Assembly: GCF_963921235.1 (NCBI RefSeq)
Contig: NC_086097.1
Coordinates: 176,454,001 to 176,518,000, forward strand
Length of the DNA: 64,000 bases
Reading direction: 5' to 3'
From: Mobula hypostoma
Lineage: Eukaryota
The notes under the pieces were generated by a model. That model worked only from the letters and a program-made list of their open reading frames with translations. It was not told the DNA's origin and made no database searches. Position numbers and translations under genes: made by a program. Positions 50,369 through 61,231 of the stretch are shown here, piece after piece (within the stretch, counting starts at the first letter, position 1; every line of letters starts with the position of its first letter).

Positions 50369-51495
50369 TGAGAAAGTAAGGCAGCATGGGATCCAAGGGG
50401 ACCTTGCTTTGTGGATCCAGAATTGGCTTGCCCACAGAAGGCAAAGAGTGGTTGTAGACGGGTCATATCCTGCATGGAGGTCAGTGACCAGTGGTGTGCC
50501 TCAAGGATCTGTTCTGGGACCCCTTCTCTTCATGATTTTTATAAATGACCTGGATGAGGAAGTGGAGGGATGGGTTAGTAAATTTGCTGATGACACAAAG
50601 GTTGGGGGTGTTGTGGATAGTGTGGAGGGCTGTCAGAGATTACAGTGGGACATCGATAGGATGCAAAACTAGACTGAGAAGTAGCAGATGGAGTTCAACC
50701 CAGAGAGGTGTTAGATGGTTCATTTTACTAGGTCAAATATGATGGCAGAATATAGCATTAATGGTAAGACTCTTAGCAGTGTGGAGGATCAGAGGGATCT
50801 TGGGGTCTGAGTCCATAGGACACTCAAAGCTGTTGTGCAGGCTGACTGTGTGGTTAAGAAGGCATATGGTGTACTAGCTTTCATCAACCGAAGGATTGAG
50901 TTCAAGAGCCGAGAGCTAATGTTACAGCTAAATAGGACTCTGGTGAGACCCCACTTGGAGTACTGTGCTCAGTTCTGCTCACCTCACTACAGGAAGGATG
51001 TGGAAACTCTAGAAAGGGTGCAGAGGAGAGTTACAAGGATGTTGCCTGGATTGGGGAGCATGTCTTATGAGAATAGTTGAGTGAATTTGGCCTTTTCTCC
51101 TTGGAGTGATGGAGGATGAGAGGTGACCTGTTAGAGGTGTATAAGATGATGAGAGGCAGTGATTGTGTGGATAGTCGGAGTCTTTTTCCCATGGCTGAAA
51201 TGGCTAACATGAGAGGGCAGAGTTTTAAGGTGCTTGAAAGTAGGTACAGAGTAGATGTCAGGGGTAAGTTATTCATGCAGAGTGTAGTGAGTGTGTGGAA
51301 CGGGCTGCCGGCGACTGTAGAGGAGGCGGACACAATAGGGTCTTTTAAGAGATTCCTGGATAGGTACATGGAGCTTAGAAAAATAGAGGGCTATGTGTAA
51401 CCATAGGTAATTTCTAAAGTAAGTGCATGTTAGGCACAGCATTGTGGGCCGAAAGGCCTGTATTGTGCTGCAGGTTTTCTATGTTTCTATGTTTC
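50369..51495 (+). mobile_element. Young 5'-truncated CR1 LINE
   Basis: ORFs 50409-50672, 50835-51080 and 51116-51400; tail tttctatgtttctatgttt; atacattt duplicated near both flanks. Confidence 0.95.
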
Positions 51496-52245
51496 ATTAT
51501 ACATTTTCCAATCACATTCCATATAAACATAACCTTGTATCCTAAAACTTAGACACAATTTCAACCAGGTTTCCTTACACATAACATCAGATTTATTTGG
51601 TAAATCTTCAATAAATTTCTTAAAATATTGATCATTAGCTGACAGGTTTCTAGCATTCCATTGTAAGGTTAGAAAAAGCCATTAACAACCCTGCTTTGAA
51701 GTCTGAATATTAGTTACTCCTTGCAAGGCATCATTAATTACTTCTACAGTTATATTTTATCTTGATATTTTTCTGCAGCTTTTAATATAACTTTAATAAT
51801 CTCCATCTTACTTTTAGTTTGTGTTGTACAATTTACCACATCTGCCATGAAAGTGACAAACTAATATATCGACAATCAGCAAATTGTCTGTTATACAATC
51901 ATTCACTTTACAAACTGTCTGTAGTTTGGATATTAATGTGTCCCAGTGACAGTCTTCCGTACTTTCTGCAGAGCCTTTACATATGATATGTCCATTTCCA
52001 CCCAGACTCCCACACGTTTCCACAGCTTTCAGCACGACATCCTGCTGAAGCAGAGGTACAGTATGTGCTCCTTCACAGTTGCTATGTTTTAGCCTAACAC
52101 CTTCTCCACAACTGCCAGAATTGTTTTTTTGCACCACATCTACTGCACCGCTTTTTCACCCTTACACAAAGCTGCTACATGATCAAACTTTTGGCATGGA
52201 AAATGTCTCAGAGGGGGTGGCACATACACTTGAACCATATCAATT

Positions 52246-52995
52246 AGACCATAAGACATAGGAGCTGAATTATGCCATTCACCCCATCAAGTCTGCTCTG
52301 TCATTCCATCATGGCTGATCCCAGATCCCAGACAAACCAATACAGCTGCTGTCTTGCCATATCCTTTGATGCCCTGACCGATCAGGAAACTATCAACTTC
52401 CACTTTAAGTAAACCCACGGACTTGGCCTCCACAGATTCACTACTCTCTGGTTAAGCAAATTTCTTCTTACCTCTGTTCTAAAAGGTCACCCCTCAACTT
52501 TGAGGCTGTGTCCTCTAGTTCTGGATACCCCTAACATAGGAAACATCCTTTCCACATCCACCCTATCTAGTGCTTTCAACATTCAGTAGGTTACTTTACT
52601 TCACTTTACTTTGTACTTTATTGTCGCCAAACAGTTGATACTAGAGTGTACAATCATCACAGCGATATTTGATTCTGCGCTTCGCGCTCCCTGGAGTACA
52701 AATCGATAGTAAATATTAAAAATTTAAGGTTTCAATGAGATCCCCACACATTCTTCTAAATTCCAGAGAGTACAGGCCCAAAGATGCCAAACGCTTCTCG
52801 TGTGTTAACCCCTTCATTCCCAGAATCATCCTCATGAACCTCCTCTGGACTCTGTCCAATGACAACACATCTTTTCTGAGATATGGGCCAAAAACTGTTG
52901 ACACTACTCTAAGTGCAGCCTGACTAGTGTCTTTTAAAGCCTCAGCATTATTTCCTTGCTTTTATATTCTATTTGCCTTGAAATAAATGCCAAGT
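52246..52995 (-). mobile_element. CR1 3' fragment containing a 134-bp young LINE-tail insert (52593-52726, aggtt duplicated)
   Basis: ORF 52716-52904 PYLRKDVLSLDRVQRRFMRMILGMKGL; CR1 resumes across the insert. Confidence 0.85.
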
Positions 52996-53192
52996 TATAT
53001 AACCTAAATTAGTGCCTCATTACTTAAATGCTTTGCACCTACAATATCTCATGCTTTTATGCATTGAGTTGCTGCCACATGATTGGCTGATTAGATAATT
53101 ATATTAACAAGCAGGTCTACAGGTGTACCTGATAAAGTAGCCACTGAGGGTAGTGCAAAGTGATCAAAGTGCTACTAAGCCAGCAAGATTAG

Positions 53193-53358
53193 GACACACA
53201 AAATGCTGGAGGAACTCAGCAGCTCATATAGCATCAATGGAGGGAAATAGATTGTTGACAGTTTAATTCCCTTCATAAATGCTGCCTGACCTGCTCAGTT
53301 CTTCTAGAATTTTGTGATTGTTGCTTAAGATTTCCAGGATTTGCAGAATTGCTTGTGT
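53193..53358. mobile_element. Inverted dimer of Penelope-like pLTR
   Basis: Two oppositely oriented pLTR arms meeting at gttgac (53254-53259). Confidence 0.78.
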
Positions 53359-53359
53359 G

Positions 53360-54325
53360 GTGATGAAGGTATGTTCAAAAACTGGGTGGCTGAAGGGAAG
53401 TAGCTGTCTCAAACCTGGTGGTGTGGGACTTCAGATGTTTATATCTCTTGACCAATGGTGGCTGCAGGAAGATGGCATTGCCTGGATGATACAGATCTTT
53501 GATGATGGATGGTATCTTCTTGAGGCAGCACCTCCTATAGATACTAGTGACAGTGGGAAAGGCTGTGCCCTTGGTGTATTGGACTGAGTTCTCCATTTCC
53601 TGCTATCTCTTTCTTTCCTGCAGATTACAAATTGCCATGCCCAACCATGATACAATCACTCGGGCTAATTGCTGTGGTATTTCTGTAGAGGTTTGTTAGG
53701 TTGTTCTGTGACAGCTGGAGCTCCTTAATGTTGTATGTATATGCATCTTCTGTATTTGTACAGTACATACCTTGTATGTAAACTTCTTGTACAGAGTCAA
53801 TGAGACAGAGAGAGTTATAGCCCAGAATCAAGCCCTTTGGCCCATCTTGTCCATGCCAACCTATTTTTCTGTTGAGTCCCATCTACCTGCACCCAGACCA
53901 TAGCTGTCCATATACCTCCCATCTGTGTACCTATCCAAACTTCTCTTAAATGCTACAATTGAACTTGTATTCACCAATTTTGCTGGCAGCTTGTTGCACA
54001 CTCACACCACCCTATGGGTAAAGAAGCTCCCCCTCAGATTCTCCTTAAATATTTCACTTTTCATCCTAAACCTATGACCTATAATCCTCGTCTCATCTAA
54101 CCTGAAAGAGAAAAAGCTTGCATTTATTTATAGTATCTATCCTCCTCATAATTTTGTATACCTCTATAAGACATTCCTTTATTCGTCTGCTCTCCAAAGA
54201 ACAAAGTCCTAACCTGTTCAAGCTTTCCTTCTAATTCAGGTTCTCAAGTCCTGGCACATCTTTTTAATTTTTATTCTGCACTCTTTCAAGATTATTGGTA
54301 ACTTTCCTGTATGTGGTGACCAGGG
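53360..54325 (-). mobile_element. Rex1 3' fragment (approx. 53360-53730) and old CR1 3' fragment (approx. 53790-54325)
   Basis: ORF 53375-53596 SIYRRCCLKKIPSIIKDLYHPG..KRYKHLKSHTTRF; CR1 tail and C-terminal remnant. Confidence 0.75.
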
Positions 54326-54524
54326 ATGTAGCTGTGACTGGAGTGTGGTTAACTCAGACCAGGAGCTCAGTTCTGGGGTAAATTCAGATGGGCATTAAAT
54401 GCTGGCATTGATGATGGCATCTACTCTCTCTGAATAAACACAGCAAGAGAAACAGAGACACTGTTTCATGTTGATGACATTTTGCTTTTGGATTATGCTG
54501 TTTACTCTCTCTGTTTGCTTTCAG

Positions 54525-54722
54525 AAGTCCCAGGCGACCATATGGCTGGCTTCTGCTCTTGAGCTCCCAACAAACAGCCAAATAGAAGTGTGCCTATATC
54601 AAAAAGTCACTTGGAACGATAGCAAGCAGAACTCACGACTGAAATTACAGCAGTATGGTAAATATAGTCAGCGGATAGTTGCAAAATGCAAATTCTTTCA
54701 GCAGTCAGAAGAGACGTGGTTG
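54525..54722 (+). other. Candidate internal exon (198 nt, open in phase 0) of an unidentified transcript
   Basis: Acceptor tttactctctctgtttgctttcag|AAG; donor TTG|gtgagtaag; no repeat recognised; peptide not recognised. Confidence 0.3.
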
Positions 54723-56497
54723 GTGAGTAAGTTACCCAATCAAACTTTAGAAAGGGTACGGAAGAAATTTACTATAGTGGATTAAGAAATTCACTGTGAC
54801 ACTGGAGAATGAAGGGAGATCCTATGTAGATGTATGAAGTTATGAGGGGCATAGATAATTATGAATTTTGCTCAGTAAGCACTTGAGACCTATTGCCAGA
54901 GGGAGAGGTGGAAGTTGATTCAACAGAGCTTTCAAAAAATAGTTGGATGTATTTGAAGAGAAAAACATGAGAGCTCTATGAGTGAGGTTGTAGGAGTGGG
55001 GCTAACTGAATTGCTTTTGCATAGAGCTTACATGGACTTAGCAGACCAAATGGTTTTTCATCCAGATAATGATCTTGTAAATAGCCATTAAATGCAGTTT
55101 GTTACACATTTTGAACTAACTACCTGTGGAACTTCTAGTTTTTAAGCAAGAAACTTTAGTCTGAAAAGAAATCATATCAGATAATTGAATGTTCCATGAA
55201 ACCCAATCGTTTCAAGTCCTGTTGGGACTGTGAGTATATCCAGTGGTTCAATGAAATGTAAAGTTGGTGCTGAAATCTGGTACCTAATTAGTGAGTTGGC
55301 TCAGGATGAAACGGTACAATGTTTCATTGCCTTGGAAGTTTTATTAATGATTATTCACCTTGTCAGGTAATTAAATGAGGTTGGCAGATCTCTCGAGAAT
55401 GCAGCTTTCACATGTTCTATTGTAGGGATTGCAATTGATATACAGGGTGGCCTTGCCTTCCTGTTTTACCAGGTGACAAAGCAAAATTGTGCAGATGTTG
55501 GACAACTGGAATAAAATATTTGACAATGGAAATTCTCAATAGTTCACATGGAGAGACAAACAGATTTAAGGCTTTAGATCAATGGCATCACAGACTTAAA
55601 ATCTTACTGGTAGATGACAATAAGCCCTGGAGTTTCACAGAAATCAAATATTACAGGTGTAATGAAAACAGAATGTATTGGAAATGCTTGGCAGATCAAG
55701 CAGCATCTGTGGAGAGAAGAACTGAGTTAAGATTTCATATTAGTGATCTTTCATTCTCCCCTATCTACCTTATCTTTTAATCTATCACCAATATTCTTCA
55801 GGGATAAAGCAGTATCTTCTTAACATTTAGCCGTCATCAATTTTGCATTTTATGGCTCAAATACATAACTATATGGATACACAAGAGACTGCAGATGCTG
55901 AAATCTGGATCAATAAGCATACTGATAGAGGAACTTGATGGGTAAGGCAGCATCTGTGGGGAGAGAGAAGTGTTAAGACAAGATCCTTTTACCAGGACTG
56001 AAGGCAATGGAAATTAGGTTATTTAGACACACAGTCCACTTTTATTGTCATTTAGTAATGCATGCATTAAGAAATGATACAATTATGTTGCAGTTACAAT
56101 TGTTGGTGAGGCTGCTCTTGGAGTGCTGTGTGCAGTTAAACTGGAATGGCTGCAGAAAAGATTTATGAAGATCTTCCCAAGACCAGGGGGTCTGTGTTAA
56201 AGGGAGAGGTCATCCAGGCTAGGTCTTTATTTCTTGGAACAGGAGAAGGAAGAGCAACCTTTCAGAAGTGTTTAAAATTGTGAGAGACTTGATAAGGCAG
56301 GTGGTTACAGACTTTTCACAGGATTGGGGAGTTCAGTACTAGTGGGCACAGATTTATGGTGAAAGGGGAAAGATTTAAAAGAGCCCTGATACAGTGTTGA
56401 GTATATGGAACAAGCTGCCGCAGGAAGTGGCTCAGGCAGGTACAATAGTTAAATTTTAAATACAGAATCACATTTATTCCTGACATATGACATGAAA

Positions 56498-57730
56498 TGC
56501 TAGATGAACTCAACATTTCAGGCAGCATCTATGGAAATGAATAAACACTTGATATTTTGGGTTGAGACCCTTTTTCAGGACGGTAAAGGAAGAGGGGAGA
56601 ACGTCAGAATAAAAAGATAGGGGAAGGGAGGGAGAATAGTCGAAGGTGAGAGGTGAAGCCAGGTGGGTGGGAAAGTTAAAGGGCTGGAGAGGAAGGAAGC
56701 TGCTCGGAGAGCAGAGTGGACCTCAGGAGGAAGGGAAGGAGGAGGTGCAGCAGGGGAAGGTGATGGGCAGGTGAGGAGATGAGGTAAGAGGCCAGAGTGG
56801 TGATAAGAAGATGATGGGGTGGGGAAGGGGAGGGAGTTTTTTTATCAGATGGAGAAATTGATTTTCATGCTGTCAGGTTGAAGGCTACCCAGATGGAATA
56901 CGAGGTGTTGCTCCTTCATCCTAACAGTGGCCTCCCTACTAATCTCCCTCCTGGCACTTATCTCTGTAAGCAGCCAAAGTGCTACACCTGCCTACTCACC
57001 TCCCCCATCACCTCCATTCAGGGTCTCAAACAGTTCTTCCAGATGAGGCAACATTTCACCTGTGACACTGCTGGGGTCTTCCACTGCATCCGATGCCCCC
57101 AGTGCATTGGTGAGACCTGTCGTAAATCGGGGGACTGCTTCATCGAGCACCTCTGCTCCATTCACCAAAAGCAGAATCTTCCGGTGGCCAATCATTTAAA
57201 TTCCTATCCTCATTCCCATTTCAACATGCCAGTCCATGACCTCCTCGTACCATGATGAGGCCCTTCTCAGGATGGAGGAGCAACACCTCATATTTCGTCT
57301 AGGTAGCTTCCAGCCTGATGGCATGAATATCAGTTTCTCCTTCCACTAATTTTTCCCCCCTCCTTCCCTTGTCTTCTATTCCCCACTCCGACCTCTTACC
57401 TCTTCTCACCTGCCTAATGCCTCCCCCTGATGCCCCTCCTTCATCCCTTTTTCCCATAGTCCACTCTCCTCTACTACCAGTTTCTTCCTCTCCAACTCTT
57501 TACATTTCTCACCCACCTGGCTTCACCTATCAGCTTCCAGCTATCCTCCTTCTCTCCCCCACCTTTTTATTCTGGTGTTTTCCCACTTCCTTTCCAGTCC
57601 TGATGAAGGGTCTAGGCCTGAAACTTTGAGTGCTTGGTTATCTCCACAGATGCTGCCTAACCTGTTCAGGTCCTCCAGCAATTTGTGTGCATTGCTTTAG
57701 ATTGCCAGCATCTGCAGAATTTCTTGTGTT
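56498..57730. mobile_element. Penelope-like element: GIY-YIG endonuclease 3' half flanked by inverted pLTR/UTR arms
   Basis: 13-bp TSD atatgacatgaaa (56485-56497, 57731-57743); ORF 56878-57255 PGTYLCKQPKCYTC..FTCDTAGVFHCIRCPQC.IGETCRKSGDCFIEHL..PVANHLNS; minus arm approx. 56498-56930 mirrors the plus arm approx. 57260-57690. Confidence 0.92.
57595..57632 (+). ncRNA. Minimal hammerhead ribozyme in Penelope pLTR
   Basis: CAGUC-CUGAUGA-A-GGGUCUAGGCCU-GAAA-CU-UU/GAGUG: core intact; stems I and III partly mutated. Confidence 0.6.
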
Positions 57731-58120
57731 ATATGACATGAAAGTTATTGTTTTGCAGTAGCAGTATGCTGCAAAGATATAAAATAAAAATAGTGCAAAA
57801 GAGAGAAGCTGTCAGAAAGGTATATGAAGGGTTGAGTTTGGAGGGATATGGTTCAGACGCAGGAAAATGGGTCTAGTTGGGTGTGAAATGTGGTCAGCAT
57901 GGGCTGGTTGGGCTGAAGGGTCTTTTATACATGTGGTATTGCTTTCTGTCTCTCTGACTTTGTAAGGAAGAACTCGCTCAACCTGAGAGTGCTTGGAAAT
58001 TAGAATTCACTGCCTGATGAGCTGGTAGGGCCAGAAACTTAGAGAGGATCTAAGGAAGAACATTTACTCCTCAAACAGTGGTTGAAAACTGGAATGCACT
58101 ACCTGAGGGAGTGGGAGAAG

Positions 58121-59262
58121 TCATAGTCATACTTTATTGATCCCGAGGGAAATTGGTTTTCGTTACAGTTGCACCAACCAAGAATAGAGTATAAATATAG
58201 CAATATAAAGCCATAAATAGTTAAATAGTAATATGTAAATTATGCCAGGAAATAAGTCCAGGACCAGCCTATTGGCTCAGGGTGTCTGACCCTCCAAGGG
58301 AGGAGTTGTAAAGTTTGATGGCCACAGGCAGGAATGACTTCCTATGACGCTCTGTGCTGCATCTCGGTGGAATGAGTCTCTGGCTGAATGTACTCCTGTG
58401 CCCAACCAGTACATTATGTAGTGGATGGGAGACATTGTCCAAGATGGCATGCAACTTAGACAGCATGCTCTTTTCAGACACCACCGTGAGAGAGTCCAGT
58501 TCCATCCCCACGACATCACTGGCTTTACGAATGAGTTTGTTGATTCTGTTGGTGTCTGCTACCCTCAGCCTGCTGCCCCAGCACACAACAGCAAACATGA
58601 TAGTACTGGCCACCACAGACTCATTGAACATCCTCAGCATCGTCTGGCAGATGTTAAAGGACCTCAGTCTCCTCAGGAAATAGAGACGACACTGACCCTT
58701 CTTGTAGACCACCTCAGTGTTCTTTGACCAGTTCAGTTTATTGTCAATTCCTATCCCCAGGTATTTGTAATCCTCCACCATGTCCACACTGACCCCCTGG
58801 ATGGAAACAGGGGCCACTGGTGCCTTAGCCCTCCTCAGGTCCACCACCAGTTCCTCAATCTTTTTCACATTAAGCTGCAGATAATTCTGCTCACACCATG
58901 TGACAAAGTTTCCTACTGGAGCCCTGTACTCAGCCTCATCTCCCTTGCTGATGCATCCAACTATGGCAGACTCATCAGAAAACTTCTGAAGATGGCAAGA
59001 CTGTGCAGTAGTTGAAGTCTGAGGTGTAACTGGTGAAGAGAAAGGGAGACAAGACAGTCCACTGTGGAGCCCCAGTGCTGCTGATCACTCTGTCTGAAAC
59101 ACAGTGTTGCAAGCACACGTACTGTGGTCTGCCAGTCAGGTAATCAAGAATCCATGACACCAGGAAAGCATCCACCTGCATCACTGTCAGCTTCTCCCCC
59201 AGCAATGCAGGGTAGATGGTGTTGAATGCACTGGAGAAATCAATAAACATGACCCTCACAGA
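58121..59262 (-). mobile_element. Young 5'-truncated Rex1/Babar LINE (RT and C-terminus)
   Basis: ORFs 58975-59259 (VMFIDFSSAFNTI, STGAPQ.TVLSPFLF) and 58269-58868 (YKYLG, RLYFLRRLRSF, TERHRKSFLPVAIKLYN); (gactat)n tail; inserted in an old CR1 3' fragment. Confidence 0.93.
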
Positions 59263-59357
59263 TTCTCACCACATTGAAGTACTTAGAAGAACACTTGAAT
59301 CACCAAGACTTGAAAGGTTACGGACCAAGTGCTAGTAAATGACATGTCCTTGGTGAG

Positions 59358-59551
59358 AAACGCACACAAAATGCTAGAGGAACTCAGCAGGTCAGGTAGC
59401 ATTCGTGGAGAGAAATGAACAGTTAACTTTTCTGGTAAAGACTCTTCATCAAGACTATCATTTCCCCCTAGAAATGCTGCCTGACCTGCTGGGTTCTTCT
59501 ATCATTTTGTGTAGGTTGTTCTAGATTTCCTACAATAGTAGAATCTCTTGT
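59358..59551. mobile_element. Inverted dimer of Penelope-like pLTR with TSD
   Basis: 14-bp TSD atgtccttg(g/a)tgag (59344-59357, 59552-59565); arms switch at gact 59453-59456. Confidence 0.82.
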
Positions 59552-59789
59552 ATGTCCTTGATGAGCACTTGATGGTCTTTGTGGAAGCAGATGGCCAAAG
59601 GACTACTGACTTTTTTTTTTAAACACAGCATGTTAACCCTATATGTCTGTCAGATTCACCAGCAGCTTGACCCTTCATGATTTCCAGTTAGTACAGTCTC
59701 CTTTACTATGGTCTTGTTAATTCTTCCTTTTTTTCAGAATTTACCTAATTATTTTTGAAATTCCTATTGAATGTTCTTCCATTGCCAAA

Positions 59790-60140
59790 GAGTCTTGGAG
59801 TAATACAGCATGAAAACAGGCTCTTTGGCCTGACTCATTCATGTTTCGAATCAAGCTAGTCCCATTTGCCCATGTTTGGCCCATTTCACTCTACACTGCT
59901 CCTATCCACATATTTATCCAAATATCTTTTCTCAATGCTCTTATTATGTCTGCCTCAATTACTTCCTCCAGCAGCTCATTCCGCATCTATATACCAACTT
60001 TGCAGGAAGGAGTTGCCCAAGTCCTTTTTAAATCTTTCCTTTCTCACCTTAAACCTATGGTCTCTAGTTTTCAGTTGCACTGCCCTGCGAATAAAGACTG
60101 TGTGCATTCTTCCTCTCCATGCCCCTCATGATCTTGTACA
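59790..60140 (-). mobile_element. Old CR1 3' fragment
   Basis: Reverse complement YKIMRGMER..TRDHRFKVRKERFK plus tail. Confidence 0.7.
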
Positions 60141-61231
60141 CATAGAGTTCAATGTTATAATACATAAAATAATTAAGTTACCTTTTCTAATTATTTTAAA
60201 TTACATTTGATTTCTTATTCCCATAGTGGCATATATTTAGTTTGTCATCCACCTGTCTCCTCCTTCAATATTTCCCATTGTTTATTGTATTATCTGAAGT
60301 GCCTATCAGGAATCGAACAGCATAAATTATTCAGCTTCTCACAAGAATCTGTCTCTCCCACCTTTCTGCTGTGTCTGTTTTGCACAAGGTTGGGTGGGGA
60401 AGTCTGCAAATGTACATTAATGCTAAGTCCCCATTTGTCCAGTTTACCATCCACTTAACTGTTCAAGGCCCTTTTTCAATACTCTCAAATACTAAGTGCC
60501 ACAGGCTTTCATTCACCTGTTTGGGATTATAAATAGCTCATTTGTGGATATTATTTCATTAATTTCTTTAGACAGCAAATGCATCAGAAACATGGGAGAG
60601 CTCCAGACTGCAGTGAGCCACAAATAATTTATGCAATGCCTTTGCAAATAAGTGCCAATCAGGGTGACTTATAGTTGATGTGCTTCTTGACTTGATAAAC
60701 ATGCTATTAACCAGCACAATCTAAAAGAAACCCCAGTTTTGCACTTTTAAAGCACGAGATGTAAAAATAATCCTAATTCACACATCTGACAGAGTTCGTT
60801 CTGAAGATTAAGCTTAACTTGATTTCTGGCTGATTAACACTTTCATTCCAAGTTAATCCATGGTGGATCTGTTTTCCGGTCTAAACACATGCAAGGTCTA
60901 CCAATACAATAATGAAAATCCTCCTTTCATATGTTCATAGGGATCTTTTTTGAAACAGAATGGGGAGATTGGGGTCAGGTAAAAGTTTAGGGACAGGGAT
61001 GGGAAGGAAGTGAGAAGTCAAAGGCAGTGAATGTAGAGCTGGGGGTCAGAGTTCAGGATGGAGCACTCTGATTTTGTAGGCTGGCGATCCCTGAGGACGG
61101 AGCTCTGTGAGCCCCAAGAATGAGGGCTGGTGATTCAAAGGGCATTGAGTCCTGCAGTCGGAGGTCTGAGGTCAGAGTCCTGTCCTGGAACTGGAGGCCT
61201 GAGGAGGTAAGTTAGCTAGGCCTGTGGTTGG

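Larger units (their letters stand above)
46796..52245 (-). mobile_element. Nimb/I-clade LINE (gag-like ORF1, RT, RNase H), decayed and interrupted
   Basis: YVPPPLRHFPCQKFDHVAALCKG..CSRCG..NCEGAH zinc knuckles (approx. 52060-52240); RNase H LHIYTIGSKD..GHSGVSV..SVFTSEMVAIILALEW (47649-47945); RT remnant approx. 48200-48600; 3' end ccacactcc..gtaggtggcagtaatgcacc..(gaa)n. Confidence 0.82.
46717..53150. mobile_element. Tc1-like MITE whose two ends (approx. 46717-46795 and 53040-53150) are separated by about 6.2 kb of nested insertions
   Basis: TA-flanked inverted ends cactcagtgtccactttattaggta / tacctgataaagtagccactgaggg; the host Rex1 tail rejoins across the TA (ccatttta|gtgcaaagtgatcaaagtg). 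Confidence 0.8.
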
